A stretch of DNA of 64,000 nt from an uncultured Candidatus Peribacteria bacterium. GTDB taxonomy: Bacteria; Patescibacteriota; Gracilibacteria; Peribacterales; Peribacteraceae. The notes beneath the pieces were generated by a model. It had not been told where the DNA came from. It worked only from the letters and a program-made list of their open reading frames with translations, and searched no databases. The position numbers were made by a program, and so were the translations under genes. This document shows, one piece after another, positions 1 through 8,181 of this stretch (position 1 is the first letter of the stretch; every line of letters begins with the position of its first letter). The stretch spans positions 9,561-73,560 of the forward strand of contig CAYHOS010000002.1 in NCBI GenBank assembly GCA_964358505.1, in the 5' to 3' direction.

Positions 1-219
1 TAGGGTATCGCAGCCGATCACCCACGCGCCGGGATTGTCCCGCGCAACTTCCTTTGCCTTGAGTTCCGCCAAGAGCCGCGCGCGGCGTACGGGATCGTCC
101 CACTCCGGATGCCCCCCCTCATCCAACGTGCTCGGGATCACCTCGAAGGACAGCCCGAGGCCCTCGAGAAGCGCCTTCCTTTGCGGGCTGGCCGACGCAA
201 GAATCAGCTTCTCTTTCAT
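1..219 (-). CDS. maf: Maf-like nucleoside triphosphate pyrophosphatase (N-terminal part; gene runs off window start)
   Basis: Own minus-strand translation from ATG at 217-219: MKEKLILASASPQRKALLEGLGLSFEVIPSTLDEGGHPEW..., which fits the Maf N-terminal LASxSPRR signature. Absent from the ORF track because there is no stop in the window. Confidence 0.7.
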   Translation of the reverse strand, partial: MKEKLILASASPQRKALLEGLGLSFEVIPSTLDEGGHPEWDDPVRRARLLAELKAKEVARDNPGAWVIGCDTL

Positions 220-315
220 CGGAATACTACTTGAAGCAAGAAGGAGTATGCCCTCTCCTCGAAGACCCTGAGCGAAGTCGAAGGGCGGGAGAGGACTAGG
301 GTGAGGGTGAGGGTT

Positions 316-1293
316 TCAAAGAAGTCCTACCCTCTCCCTCACCTTCCCCATCGTCTCTTCCGCAATCCCTTTCGCCTTCGCCGCCCCCTCCTCCAGGATC
401 TGCCGGACCGTATCCTTCTTTTTGGCATACTCTTGCCGTTTCTTACGCATCGGCGCGAAGAAGTCCAGGTACGTCCGGAGCAGCTTCTTCTTCCCCTCCC
501 CGTAGGGCAGCCCATTGCGGTACTCCGCCGCCAGCGCTTCCTGTTCACTGTGGGCAAGGAACAGCTTGTGGACCCGGTAGATGACGCAGGTCTCGGGGTC
601 CTTGGGGTCGTTGGCGCCCTTGGAATCCGTCACGATGCCCATGATGGCCTTCTTCGCCGCCCCTGAGCCTGTCGAAGGGCCGTCCCCGAAGAGCGGGATG
701 GTGTTGCCGTAGCTCTTGCTCATCTTCTGGCCGTCGGTACCGGGCACCACCGCCACCTCCTCCCGGATCACCGGTTCCGGCACCGTGAAGGTTCGGCCGT
801 ACAGGTTATTGAACTTCACGGCGATGTCCCGCGCGATTTCCAAATGCTGCTTCTGGTCCTTCCCCACGGGGACCTGGTCCGCCTGGTAGAGGAGGATGTC
901 CGCCGCCATGAGGACGGGGTACGTGAAGAGCCCGGCCGATGCCGCCACCCCCTTCTCCACCTTCTCCTTATAGCTCACCGCCCGCTCAAGCAAGCCCATG
1001 GGCGTGACGGTGGAGAGGATCCACATCAACTCCGTGTGCTGCGGCACCTGCGACTGGCAGAAGATGACCGATGCCGCCGGGTCGAAGCCGCAGCCGAGGT
1101 AGTCCAGCACGATCTCCTCCCGCGCCTTGCGCAGCGTCTCCCCCTTCTGGACCGTGGTGAGGGCGTGGAGATCGGCGATGAAGAAGAAGCCCTGGTCCGC
1201 CTCCCCTTGCAGTTCAAGGTTGGGCTTGATGGAACCGAAGTAGTTGCCCAGGTGGAGCTGGCCGGAGGGCTGGATGCCGGAGAGGACGCGCAT
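316..1293 (-). CDS. trpS: tryptophanyl-tRNA synthetase
   Basis: ORF 316..1329 has GIQPSGQLHLGNYFG (HIGH-class) and KMSKS motifs. Start set to ATG 1293 (MRVLSGIQPSG), which has TACACT 6 nt upstream; the longer start at 1329 is possible. Confidence 0.93.
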   Translation of the reverse strand: MRVLSGIQPSGQLHLGNYFGSIKPNLELQGEADQGFFFIADLHALTTVQKGETLRKAREEIVLDYLGCGFDPAASVIFCQSQVPQHTELMWILSTVTPMGLLERAVSYKEKVEKGVAASAGLFTYPVLMAADILLYQADQVPVGKDQKQHLEIARDIAVKFNNLYGRTFTVPEPVIREEVAVVPGTDGQKMSKSYGNTIPLFGDGPSTGSGAAKKAIMGIVTDSKGANDPKDPETCVIYRVHKLFLAHSEQEALAAEYRNGLPYGEGKKKLLRTYLDFFAPMRKKRQEYAKKKDTVRQILEEGAAKAKGIAEETMGKVRERVGLL

Positions 1294-1344
1294 ACGCGCA
1301 GTGTAGCGATGGTAAGGACTCCGTGCCATGTCGTCCTTGCCATC

Positions 1345-2001
1345 TCAAGTCCTGAGCTTCCCCAACACCTCCTCAAACGCCCCCGGCAACGGCGCCTCCA
1401 CCCTCACAAGCTCCCCGGTGACGGGATGCGGGAAGGCCAGGACGGACGCGTGGAGGAAGAAGCGGTGGTAGCGGTACGCGTGGGAGAATGCCCGGTTGAA
1501 CTTTTCGTCCCCGTAGACGGCATCCAGGACGAGGGGGTGGCCGATCATGGCCAGATGGCGCCGGATCTGGTGGTGGCGGCCTGTGACGATCTCCACCTCC
1601 AAAGAGGTGACGCCGGAGAGGCGCTCCAGGATCCTGTAGCGCGTGAGGGCGTGCGCCTCCCCTCCCCCCATACGCGCCGGCAGCGGCTTGGTGATCTCCC
1701 CCTGATCCGCCTTCATGTGACCCATCACGATGGTACGGTACGTTTTGATCCACGCGCCCTTCTTCTGCTGCGCCATGGCCGCCGCCAGGGCCGCCTTGGT
1801 CTTGGCGAACAGGACGACGCCCGAAGCCTCGAAATCGAGCCGGTTGGCGGGACGGAGGCCTGGATGGCTCTTCTTGAGGAAATCCAGGAGCGGGAGCCGC
1901 TCCACGGGGCCGCTCCCCTTGACCACCAGCTCCCGCGGGAGCTTGGCGACGGCGAGGAAGTGGTCATCCTCGTACAGGATCCGGTCCGGGTGGATGGGCA
2001 T
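1345..2001 (-). CDS. RluA-family pseudouridine synthase
   Basis: ORF 1345..2037 has ILYEDDHFLAVAK and HQIRRHLAMIGHPLVLDAVYG motifs. ATG 2001 is preceded by TACACT-cggggc. Confidence 0.85.
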   Translation of the reverse strand: MPIHPDRILYEDDHFLAVAKLPRELVVKGSGPVERLPLLDFLKKSHPGLRPANRLDFEASGVVLFAKTKAALAAAMAQQKKGAWIKTYRTIVMGHMKADQGEITKPLPARMGGGEAHALTRYRILERLSGVTSLEVEIVTGRHHQIRRHLAMIGHPLVLDAVYGDEKFNRAFSHAYRYHRFFLHASVLAFPHPVTGELVRVEAPLPGAFEEVLGKLRT

Positions 2002-3724
2002 GCCCCGAGTGTACAGACACCGCCTGCCCGAATACATCCGCTGCGGGAAGGCGCCGGGGCAGGATCACGGTGAACGTTGTCCCCTTCCCCTCCCGCGAGA
2101 CGAACATCACCTTGCCCTGGAGGGTACGGACGAGGAGGGAGACCAGGTACAGCCCCAGCCCCGTCCCCTCCGCCAGCGCCCGCACCGCGTTTTCCCCCCG
2201 ATAGAACTTGTCGAACACCTTATCCTGCTCGTGCCGGGGAATGCCGTACCCCTCGTCATGAATATCCAGCCGCACCCGCGTGTTCGAGACGCTCGCCTCG
2301 ATGGCGATGGTCGTGCCTTCCGGCGAATACTTCACCGCGTTACTGAGCAGGTTCATCGCCACTTCGCCGAGGAGCTTGGGGTCCGTGCGGAGCTTGAGGA
2401 CGGAAGGGCAGCGGAAGAGGATGCGCTGCTTGCGCTGCGCGCACTCCGCCTTGAGGGTGTCCTTGACCTGCTGAAGCAGGGAACGCAGCCGGACCTCCGC
2501 CACGGTCAGCGACACCGTCCCCGCCTCGATGCGCGCGATGGAGAGCATGGTATTGATGGTTTCCGCCATGCTCTTCGCGCCCCGGTGCGCCGCGTCCACA
2601 AGCCCCAGGAGTTCCCTGTAGTGGGGTTCCTCCAACGGCATGGCCCTGCGGAGGCGGCCGAGCGCCCAGCGGATGGCGGTGAGGGGAGTGCGGAGCTGGT
2701 GGGAGGCAAAAGACATGAAATCGGACTTCGCCGCGTCCACGCGCTTCTCCCGCGTAATGTCGCGGAACAGGCCGACGCTCCCCCGGTAGACGCCCTCGTC
2801 GAAGATGGGAAGGTAATCACGGGAGATCGTCCGCCCGTCCCTGAGCTGCACTTCCGAACCGCGGACAGGCAGATGGCGCAGGGCATTGTCCACCGTCCGC
2901 TCCACTTCCTCCGGCTGCACGAAGGTCCCCCGGAGCGTTTTGACGAGTTTCCGTATGTGCATGCCGAGGATCGGGTGCCGGCCGCTGAGGCGGAACATGT
3001 CACGATAGTGGTTGTTCACGTGGAGGATCATGCCGTTCTCATCGATGGCAAGCATTCCCACGTGGACATTGTTGATCATGTCATTGAGGCGCTTCAACGT
3101 CGTGCGGTCGCGGTTGCGCAGGATCTCGATTTCCTGCATGCGCTCCTCCACCCTCCGCTCCAGTTCCTCGTTGAGCCGCCGGATCTTCTCCTCCGCAATC
3201 TTCCGCTCGGTGATGTCCATCACCATCCCCACGGAACGGATGATCTTGCCCTTCGCATTGCGGATATGGTGGCACTTCTCACGCACCCAGCGGATTTCGC
3301 GTGTCCCCCTGCGGACGATACGGTGCTCGATCTCGTACGTGTCCTTCCCCTCCCGCAGGGATCCGCTGTAGGCGGCGTCCACGGCCGCGCGGTCCGCCGG
3401 GTGCACCCGCTCCAGGAAGCCTTCATAGGTGGCCTTGAACTGTCGCGGCTTGAGGTTGAAGATCCGGTACACCTCATCGGACCACGTGAGGTCGCCACCG
3501 ACAAGGTCCAGTTCCCAACTCCCCAGGTGGGCGATCTGCTGCGTGCGGGAGAGGCGCCTCTCACTCTCCCGCAGCGCCTTCTCTGTCTCTCTGATGTCGT
3601 GGACGACCATTCCTCCCCGACCTGACCCGTCTTCGCCAAGGCTTCGCCGGGCAGGCGGCCGGGTCCTCCCGGTGCGCGGGTGAACGGCGCGTCTCTTGTG
3701 GCGGCTCTTGAGTGTGGAAGGCAT
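1964..3724 (-). CDS. PAS-domain sensor histidine kinase
   Basis: ORF 1964..3853 has PAS-like repeats, H-box FMSFASHQLRTPLTAI and G-box GTGLGLYLV. The start is uncertain: ATG 3724 has TTTAAT 9 nt upstream, and ATG 3610 is the alternative. Confidence 0.85.
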   Translation of the reverse strand: MPSTLKSRHKRRAVHPRTGRTRPPARRSLGEDGSGRGGMVVHDIRETEKALRESERRLSRTQQIAHLGSWELDLVGGDLTWSDEVYRIFNLKPRQFKATYEGFLERVHPADRAAVDAAYSGSLREGKDTYEIEHRIVRRGTREIRWVREKCHHIRNAKGKIIRSVGMVMDITERKIAEEKIRRLNEELERRVEERMQEIEILRNRDRTTLKRLNDMINNVHVGMLAIDENGMILHVNNHYRDMFRLSGRHPILGMHIRKLVKTLRGTFVQPEEVERTVDNALRHLPVRGSEVQLRDGRTISRDYLPIFDEGVYRGSVGLFRDITREKRVDAAKSDFMSFASHQLRTPLTAIRWALGRLRRAMPLEEPHYRELLGLVDAAHRGAKSMAETINTMLSIARIEAGTVSLTVAEVRLRSLLQQVKDTLKAECAQRKQRILFRCPSVLKLRTDPKLLGEVAMNLLSNAVKYSPEGTTIAIEASVSNTRVRLDIHDEGYGIPRHEQDKVFDKFYRGENAVRALAEGTGLGLYLVSLLVRTLQGKVMFVSREGKGTTFTVILPRRLPAADVFGQAVSVHSGHAHPPGPDPVRG

Positions 3725-3818
3725 CGGAGTGCCATTAAACCCGTTTCCGCGGAAAAGGGAAAGGAAGTCCGCCATCCGCGTGCCTGTCGCCCCCTCACCG
3801 CGTACCATGGGAAAATCC

Positions 3819-4301
3819 ATGTGCGGCGGCATCACGGTCCACTGGCGCAGCATCCCCCAGGAATTGGCGCAACAGTACGGCTTGCTGCCCGTCAGCGTCG
3901 GATCGGAGGAGCGCGTCCTGCGCTTCCACTTCCGCGACCCCGTCCCCCGCCTCCCCGCCCTCTTCCGGGGGAAACTGGGCCTCTACGCATGGGGGAACCG
4001 GGACAATAAGGAATCGCGCCTGCCCAAGACGGGGTGGGCCAAGGCCGAGAGCGTGGACGCCGGCAAATGGAACTGGCTGCATCCCGAGCCCGTGGAGATC
4101 CCCGCCTCGCGGGGGGTGGAGAAGGGCGTGTGGTTCCCCATCGCGGAGGGCATCCGCGGCATCCTGGTGAAGGACGAGAAGGACCTCCCCCACGTCTACA
4201 TGCTCACCCAAGCCGCCTCGCCGAAATACGCTGCCATGACAAAGCACGAGCGTATGCCGGTGTTCCTCACGGGGCAGTACGAACCCCGGACGGTAACATG
4301 A
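3819..4301 (+). CDS. short SRAP (YedK/HMCES)-like protein
   Basis: ORF 3696..4301. An internal ATG at 3819 gives an N-terminus of MCGG (Cys2), and a C-terminal HERMPVFL motif resembles the SRAP HxRMPV motif. TACCAT lies 10 nt upstream of this ATG. Confidence 0.5.
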   Translation: MCGGITVHWRSIPQELAQQYGLLPVSVGSEERVLRFHFRDPVPRLPALFRGKLGLYAWGNRDNKESRLPKTGWAKAESVDAGKWNWLHPEPVEIPASRGVEKGVWFPIAEGIRGILVKDEKDLPHVYMLTQAASPKYAAMTKHERMPVFLTGQYEPRTVT

Positions 4302-4358
4302 ATGCCCGGTACCAGCTGCTCACAAGTCTCGTATCGAAAGGGGGCTTCTTGCCTTTGT

Positions 4359-5351
4359 TCACGAAGCGACTGTTGGGGTTTCGATGTACTTCTTATTCAG
4401 GTAAAAAGCGAGATAGCCGACGGCAATGAGGGCGAAACCGGCGAGCACCAAAGAGAGAGGCCAGCCCAGACCTTCCTTGAAGTACTCACTGGTGATTTTC
4501 AGGATATACAGCATGAGATAGAGGGAGCCGAAGACGAGGAACGATTTGCTCTTGAAATGGATACTGAGAAACATTGCCCCGAAGACCAGGCCGGGGAAAA
4601 TGAGTTCCCAGAAGTAATATTGCCGCGGAGACCACCCGCCAAGGGCAAGCGCCGCTCCCAGAAAACCAAAAATTCCCAATCCATACAAGAATCCCGTAAA
4701 TTCTTCTTTGTCGGAATGCTGGAAATAGTATCCAAGGCAGATGTAGGAAATTCCTGTCACCACAATACGGTAACAATAGAATCTCCACCTCTCAAACAAC
4801 GGATTCGGGCCAAGAAGATAGCTGGTGAAAGCGAAGAACAGCCATGTGGCAAAGAGAATAGTGAACAAGAGGAAGAGATTCTGGCGAAAGAGGAAGTAGG
4901 AGGCGAAAAACATGCCAGTAAGAATGAGGGAGATTACGACATTTGTTCCTGGAGAACTCGTTTCCCATCCCGCCTGATGGAGCGTCACAAAAAGACCAAG
5001 CGGCATCACTAAAGCGGAAATGAAGAAGAAGGCCTGCGCTACTTTCACGAGTCGTTCATCCCGCATGAACAACAGGCCGACGACGTACGCCGCAACACCG
5101 GAGCCAAGCGTCGTGAGAACCTTGGTGAAAACGTTGAAAACGCTCCAGTTCTGCTGAATGAGAATGGCAATGCCGAAAAAGACAATAGCCCCTCCGATGA
5201 AATACATGATCTCGGAGAGCGAAACGCTGTGTTTCGTAGCGTCGCCGGTTGTCGCAACGCCACTTTCATAAGCTCCAAGGACTTCCTGCTTGGTAAGCAC
5301 TTTGTCCTTCGCAAAGGCTGTAATTTGGTCGAGTAGTTCTTGTTTTTGCAT
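4359..5351 (-). CDS. polytopic membrane protein, function unknown
   Basis: 330-aa ORF with about 9 hydrophobic segments and visibly lower GC than its neighbours. Confidence 0.6.
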   Translation of the reverse strand: MQKQELLDQITAFAKDKVLTKQEVLGAYESGVATTGDATKHSVSLSEIMYFIGGAIVFFGIAILIQQNWSVFNVFTKVLTTLGSGVAAYVVGLLFMRDERLVKVAQAFFFISALVMPLGLFVTLHQAGWETSSPGTNVVISLILTGMFFASYFLFRQNLFLLFTILFATWLFFAFTSYLLGPNPLFERWRFYCYRIVVTGISYICLGYYFQHSDKEEFTGFLYGLGIFGFLGAALALGGWSPRQYYFWELIFPGLVFGAMFLSIHFKSKSFLVFGSLYLMLYILKITSEYFKEGLGWPLSLVLAGFALIAVGYLAFYLNKKYIETPTVAS

Positions 5352-5362
5352 AGGAGGAGGGA

Positions 5363-5893
5363 TTACAGAATCCAGCCAAGGAACTTGAAGCGGTTGTAAT
5401 AGGAGGAAGATTCCCCCTCTTTGTGCAGGTCAATATTCCTGCTTACGTTATGGCCTCGCAAATATGTTGCATTGTAATCCCGGCTCCCGACATCGAAGAA
5501 GAAGAGAAAACTACCGCCACCACTACCGCGTGTAATTTCGAATCCGTCAGGTGACGTGGGAGAATTGTCCAATGTGAATCGCTGCGCTTCTTCCAGCGAC
5601 ACCTGGCGGTTGGTGTTATTCCTCACGTCGTAAACCCATAACGTAACACTGCAATATTGCTGACGATAGTTCTGGTTCAATGGGGGAAGGTTCGCTCTTG
5701 GCACGAGATGCTGCCCCTCAACTTCGTAACGCCATTGGCAGGAATACTGAGAAGTATCACCATTCAAATAGAGAAAACCGTACTTCGGTTGCACAAATAT
5801 CCCTGGCAAATAGATGCTAGCCGCGACGAAGAGGATCATCGCCAGAGGGATGGATATGCCAGCGATAAGCGGAACATTCTTTACAGCTTTCAT
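5363..5893 (-). CDS. membrane-anchored hypothetical protein
   Basis: ORF 5363..5968. ATG 5893 (MKAVKNVPLIAGISIPLAMILFVAA, an N-terminal TM) is preceded by TACAAT-acctcctc. Lower GC. Confidence 0.55.
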   Translation of the reverse strand: MKAVKNVPLIAGISIPLAMILFVAASIYLPGIFVQPKYGFLYLNGDTSQYSCQWRYEVEGQHLVPRANLPPLNQNYRQQYCSVTLWVYDVRNNTNRQVSLEEAQRFTLDNSPTSPDGFEITRGSGGGSFLFFFDVGSRDYNATYLRGHNVSRNIDLHKEGESSSYYNRFKFLGWIL

Positions 5894-6076
5894 GAGGAGG
5901 TATTGTAGCGTGGCTGCCCTCTTCTGAAAGTGACTTTTTGAATGACAGAGCCTGGATTGATGTTTCATTCATTGGTGAAGGATGACTGCATCACAAAAGA
6001 AGAGCGCTCTTTCGGCAAACACTGTTCGTCAAATCCACAACAAACACACCCGAAATGAAACGCTTGTCGAGTTGGA

Positions 6077-6152
6077 TGGTGGGCGGCATAGGAGTTGAAC
6101 CTACGACCTTTCGGATGTGAACCGAACGCTCTAACCACTGAGCTAGCCGCCC
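6077..6152 (-). tRNA. tRNA-Val (anticodon CAC)
   Basis: Minus strand reads GGGCGGC-TA-GCTC-AGTGGTTA-GAGC-G-TTCGG-TTCACAT-CCGAA-AGGTC-GTAGG-TTCAACT-CCTAT-GCCGCCC-A-CCA. This is a full cloverleaf with encoded CCA. Confidence 0.9.
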
Positions 6153-6251
6153 AAAGCAATCAAGGAACCAGCTGCCTGCCCTCCGTAGTCCCGAGCGGAG
6201 CGAGGGCGAAGGAGGGAGCTAATCGTCCGAACGGGCGCCACTATAGCATAG

Positions 6252-6283
6252 GGCGTTCCATGCGGTCATGGAACGCCTTTTTT
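6252..6283 (+). terminator. intrinsic terminator-like hairpin with no obvious upstream plus-strand gene
   Basis: GGCGTTCCATG-cggt-CATGGAACGCC forms a perfect 11-bp stem and is followed by TTTTTT. Confidence 0.6.
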
Positions 6284-6391
6284 GGCTTATGGATGAGAAG
6301 AAGTTGATCTCCCCCAAAGTTTCCGTTCGGGGAGGCCTGCTGCCGTGCAGCCTGCACGCTTACAGTGGAAGCGTCTTTCCCCCCTCCCCCC

Positions 6392-7504
6392 ATGCGCGCC
6401 ATAGCAGCCGCACTCCTCCCGTTCATCGTCCTGGGCACCCTCATTGCGGGCACAGTACCGACATACGCCGGCGGCGTTTCCCAGTGCATCCGCATTTCTT
6501 CCCCGCAGAAACCCTTACGGTTTTCCTCTTCCTCCACACCGGCAGCCACCATGAGCCGCAAAGAGAAAGCCGCCGCGCAGAAAGCGGCACGCCTGGCACG
6601 CCGGAAGGGACGTTCAACCTTCCGTTCCGCATCTTCGGCAGCCCCGTCCATCGACGTGGGAATAGTGGTCCACAAGAACGGCGGAGCGCTGTACATCAGC
6701 TCCCTCACGCCGGGGGGCGCCGCCGACCAGGCGGGGTTCCTCTTGGGTGATGAGATCCGCAAGCTGGACGGCAAAGATGCGTACAAGAAATATTCTCCGG
6801 AAGCACTCATGAAAGCCCTCAACGGCCCCGAAGGGAGCAGTGTGACGCTGGAAATCGCCAGGCAGAAGGACGGTGGGATACTCTCGATCACGCTGGTGAA
6901 GAAGAAAGCGGTGGAGAAAGCGGAGTACGCGCTGCAAATGACCGATGGTCTGCTCCTCCTCAAGATCGAAGCGTTCAACGGCGCCACCTCCAAGCCCCTG
7001 CGGGAAGCCTTGGGCGCGGTCCAGTGGAAAGACGTGAAAGGGGTGGCCGTGGATCTCCGCACGCCCCCAACCGGCACCCTGACGGGGATGGATCCCATCA
7101 TCAGCGCGTTCCTCCCCAAAGGGACGCCGTTCGCCACCCTCCAGTTCACAAACGCCCGCAAGGAAACCATGGTGACGGGCGCCGACCCCCTCGTACCCGC
7201 CACCCTCCCCCTCTTCGTCCTGCTGCCGAGCAGCGGGTCCTTCAGCGAGGGCGCCGTCCTCTTCGCCCACAACCTGGAAGAGAAGCGGAACGCCACCCTC
7301 CTGCGGGAAGAGAAAGGCGTCGGCTCTCAACACGCGTACCTCTCCTTCGGGGACATGCCGGCTGGCTTGGAAGCGTTCTGCGCCGACCGCATTGACGTGA
7401 ACCTCTACAACGTCGGCGCAAGGAGCATCGCCGTCACTCCCGTGCCGGGGATGGATTCCGCGGTGGAAAAGGCGAAGTTCTTCATCCAGTATCCCCCGCG
7501 CTGA
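6392..7504 (+). CDS. PDZ-containing S41 (C-terminal processing) peptidase-like protein
   Basis: ORF 6365..7504 has a signal/TM N-terminus, a PDZ-like segment LYISSLTPGGAADQAGFLLGDEIRKLDG, and S41-like VDLRTPPTG plus SSGSFSEGAVLFA. Confidence 0.7.
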   Translation: MRAIAAALLPFIVLGTLIAGTVPTYAGGVSQCIRISSPQKPLRFSSSSTPAATMSRKEKAAAQKAARLARRKGRSTFRSASSAAPSIDVGIVVHKNGGALYISSLTPGGAADQAGFLLGDEIRKLDGKDAYKKYSPEALMKALNGPEGSSVTLEIARQKDGGILSITLVKKKAVEKAEYALQMTDGLLLLKIEAFNGATSKPLREALGAVQWKDVKGVAVDLRTPPTGTLTGMDPIISAFLPKGTPFATLQFTNARKETMVTGADPLVPATLPLFVLLPSSGSFSEGAVLFAHNLEEKRNATLLREEKGVGSQHAYLSFGDMPAGLEAFCADRIDVNLYNVGARSIAVTPVPGMDSAVEKAKFFIQYPPR

Positions 7505-7575
7505 ACGGGCGGCACTGTCTTCCCTTCCCCTTTCCGCCATCCGGGGTACGCCCTGTGCCTACACGACAACGTAAC

Positions 7576-7613
7576 GACAATGTATTGACATTGTCATGAT
7601 CCTCCCCTATCCT
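7576..7613 (+). promoter_or_regulatory. promoter with overlapping palindromic operator upstream of dinJ-yafQ
   Basis: TTGACA (7585-7590), 17-nt spacer, TATCCT (7608-7613), then 6 nt to ATG 7620. The inverted repeat GACAATGT-attg-ACATTGTC (7576-7595) overlaps the -35. Confidence 0.55.
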
Positions 7614-7619
7614 GGATGC

Positions 7620-7892
7620 ATGACTGCCACCATCCAAGTCCGCACGAACCCGGCCACGAAGAAGAACGCGCAGAGGATCCTGGCGAAGTTGGGGTTGGAC
7701 CTCAGCACGGCCATCAATATCTACCTCGTCCGCATCATCGCCACGCGGGGCATCCCCTTCCGGGTGGTGACGGAGAACGGGTTCACGCCGGAGGAGGAGC
7801 GGAAGATCCTCAAGGAAGAAGCGTGGGCGATGAAACATGGGAAGAGATACTCTTCAGTGGAAGAAATGATGAAAGACATCTTGAAAAACTGA
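7620..7892 (+). CDS. dinJ: DinJ/RelB-family antitoxin
   Basis: MTATIQVRTNPATKKNAQRILAKLGLDLSTAINIYLVRI... is a typical RHH DinJ N-terminus, and the gene sits immediately upstream of a YafQ-like toxin. Confidence 0.8.
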   Translation: MTATIQVRTNPATKKNAQRILAKLGLDLSTAINIYLVRIIATRGIPFRVVTENGFTPEEERKILKEEAWAMKHGKRYSSVEEMMKDILKN

Positions 7893-8176
7893 GGAGTTAC
7901 ACACTCAAACCTACGAAACGTTTCCGGAAGGATGTGCGCCGCTTGAAGCGGGCAAACGTCGATCTTCGGAAAATGGAACGCGTCCTCCAAATCCTGGCAT
8001 CCGGCCGAGCGCTTCCCGCAAACTATCGTGACCATGCGCTGCACGGGCCATTGGCGGGAAGGAGGGAGTGCCACATCGCACCGGACTGGCTTCTCCTCTA
8101 CCGGAAAGATGATGACAGGCTCCTGCTTCTCTTGCTACGAACGGGAGACCATCGGAGGGCGTTGGGGGTGGAATGA
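7889..8176 (+). CDS. yafQ: YafQ-family (RelE/ParE superfamily) toxin, non-canonical start
   Basis: Frame of ORF 7616..8176 reads LRSYTLKPTKRFRKDVRRLKR...YRDHALHGPLAGRRECHIAPDWLLLYR...RTGDHRRAL, which matches YafQ motifs. The only start at the homologous position is CTG 7889, which overlaps the dinJ TGA. GTG 7823 is the alternative. Confidence 0.7.
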   Translation: MRSYTLKPTKRFRKDVRRLKRANVDLRKMERVLQILASGRALPANYRDHALHGPLAGRRECHIAPDWLLLYRKDDDRLLLLLLRTGDHRRALGVE

Positions 8177-8181
8177 TTGAG

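Noticed and set aside
3599-3610. GGGGAGGA immediately upstream of ATG 3610 as a Shine-Dalgarno for the histidine kinase
   Set aside because: The spacing is 1 nt, which is too short for SD function, so it was not used as decisive evidence for that start. Both starts (3610 and 3724) remain possible.
4302-6076. Calling the tRNA-Val-adjacent segment a bona fide integrative genomic island
   Set aside because: There is no integrase, no direct repeat of the tRNA 3' end at the far border, and only two genes. It is kept only as a low-interest compositional observation.
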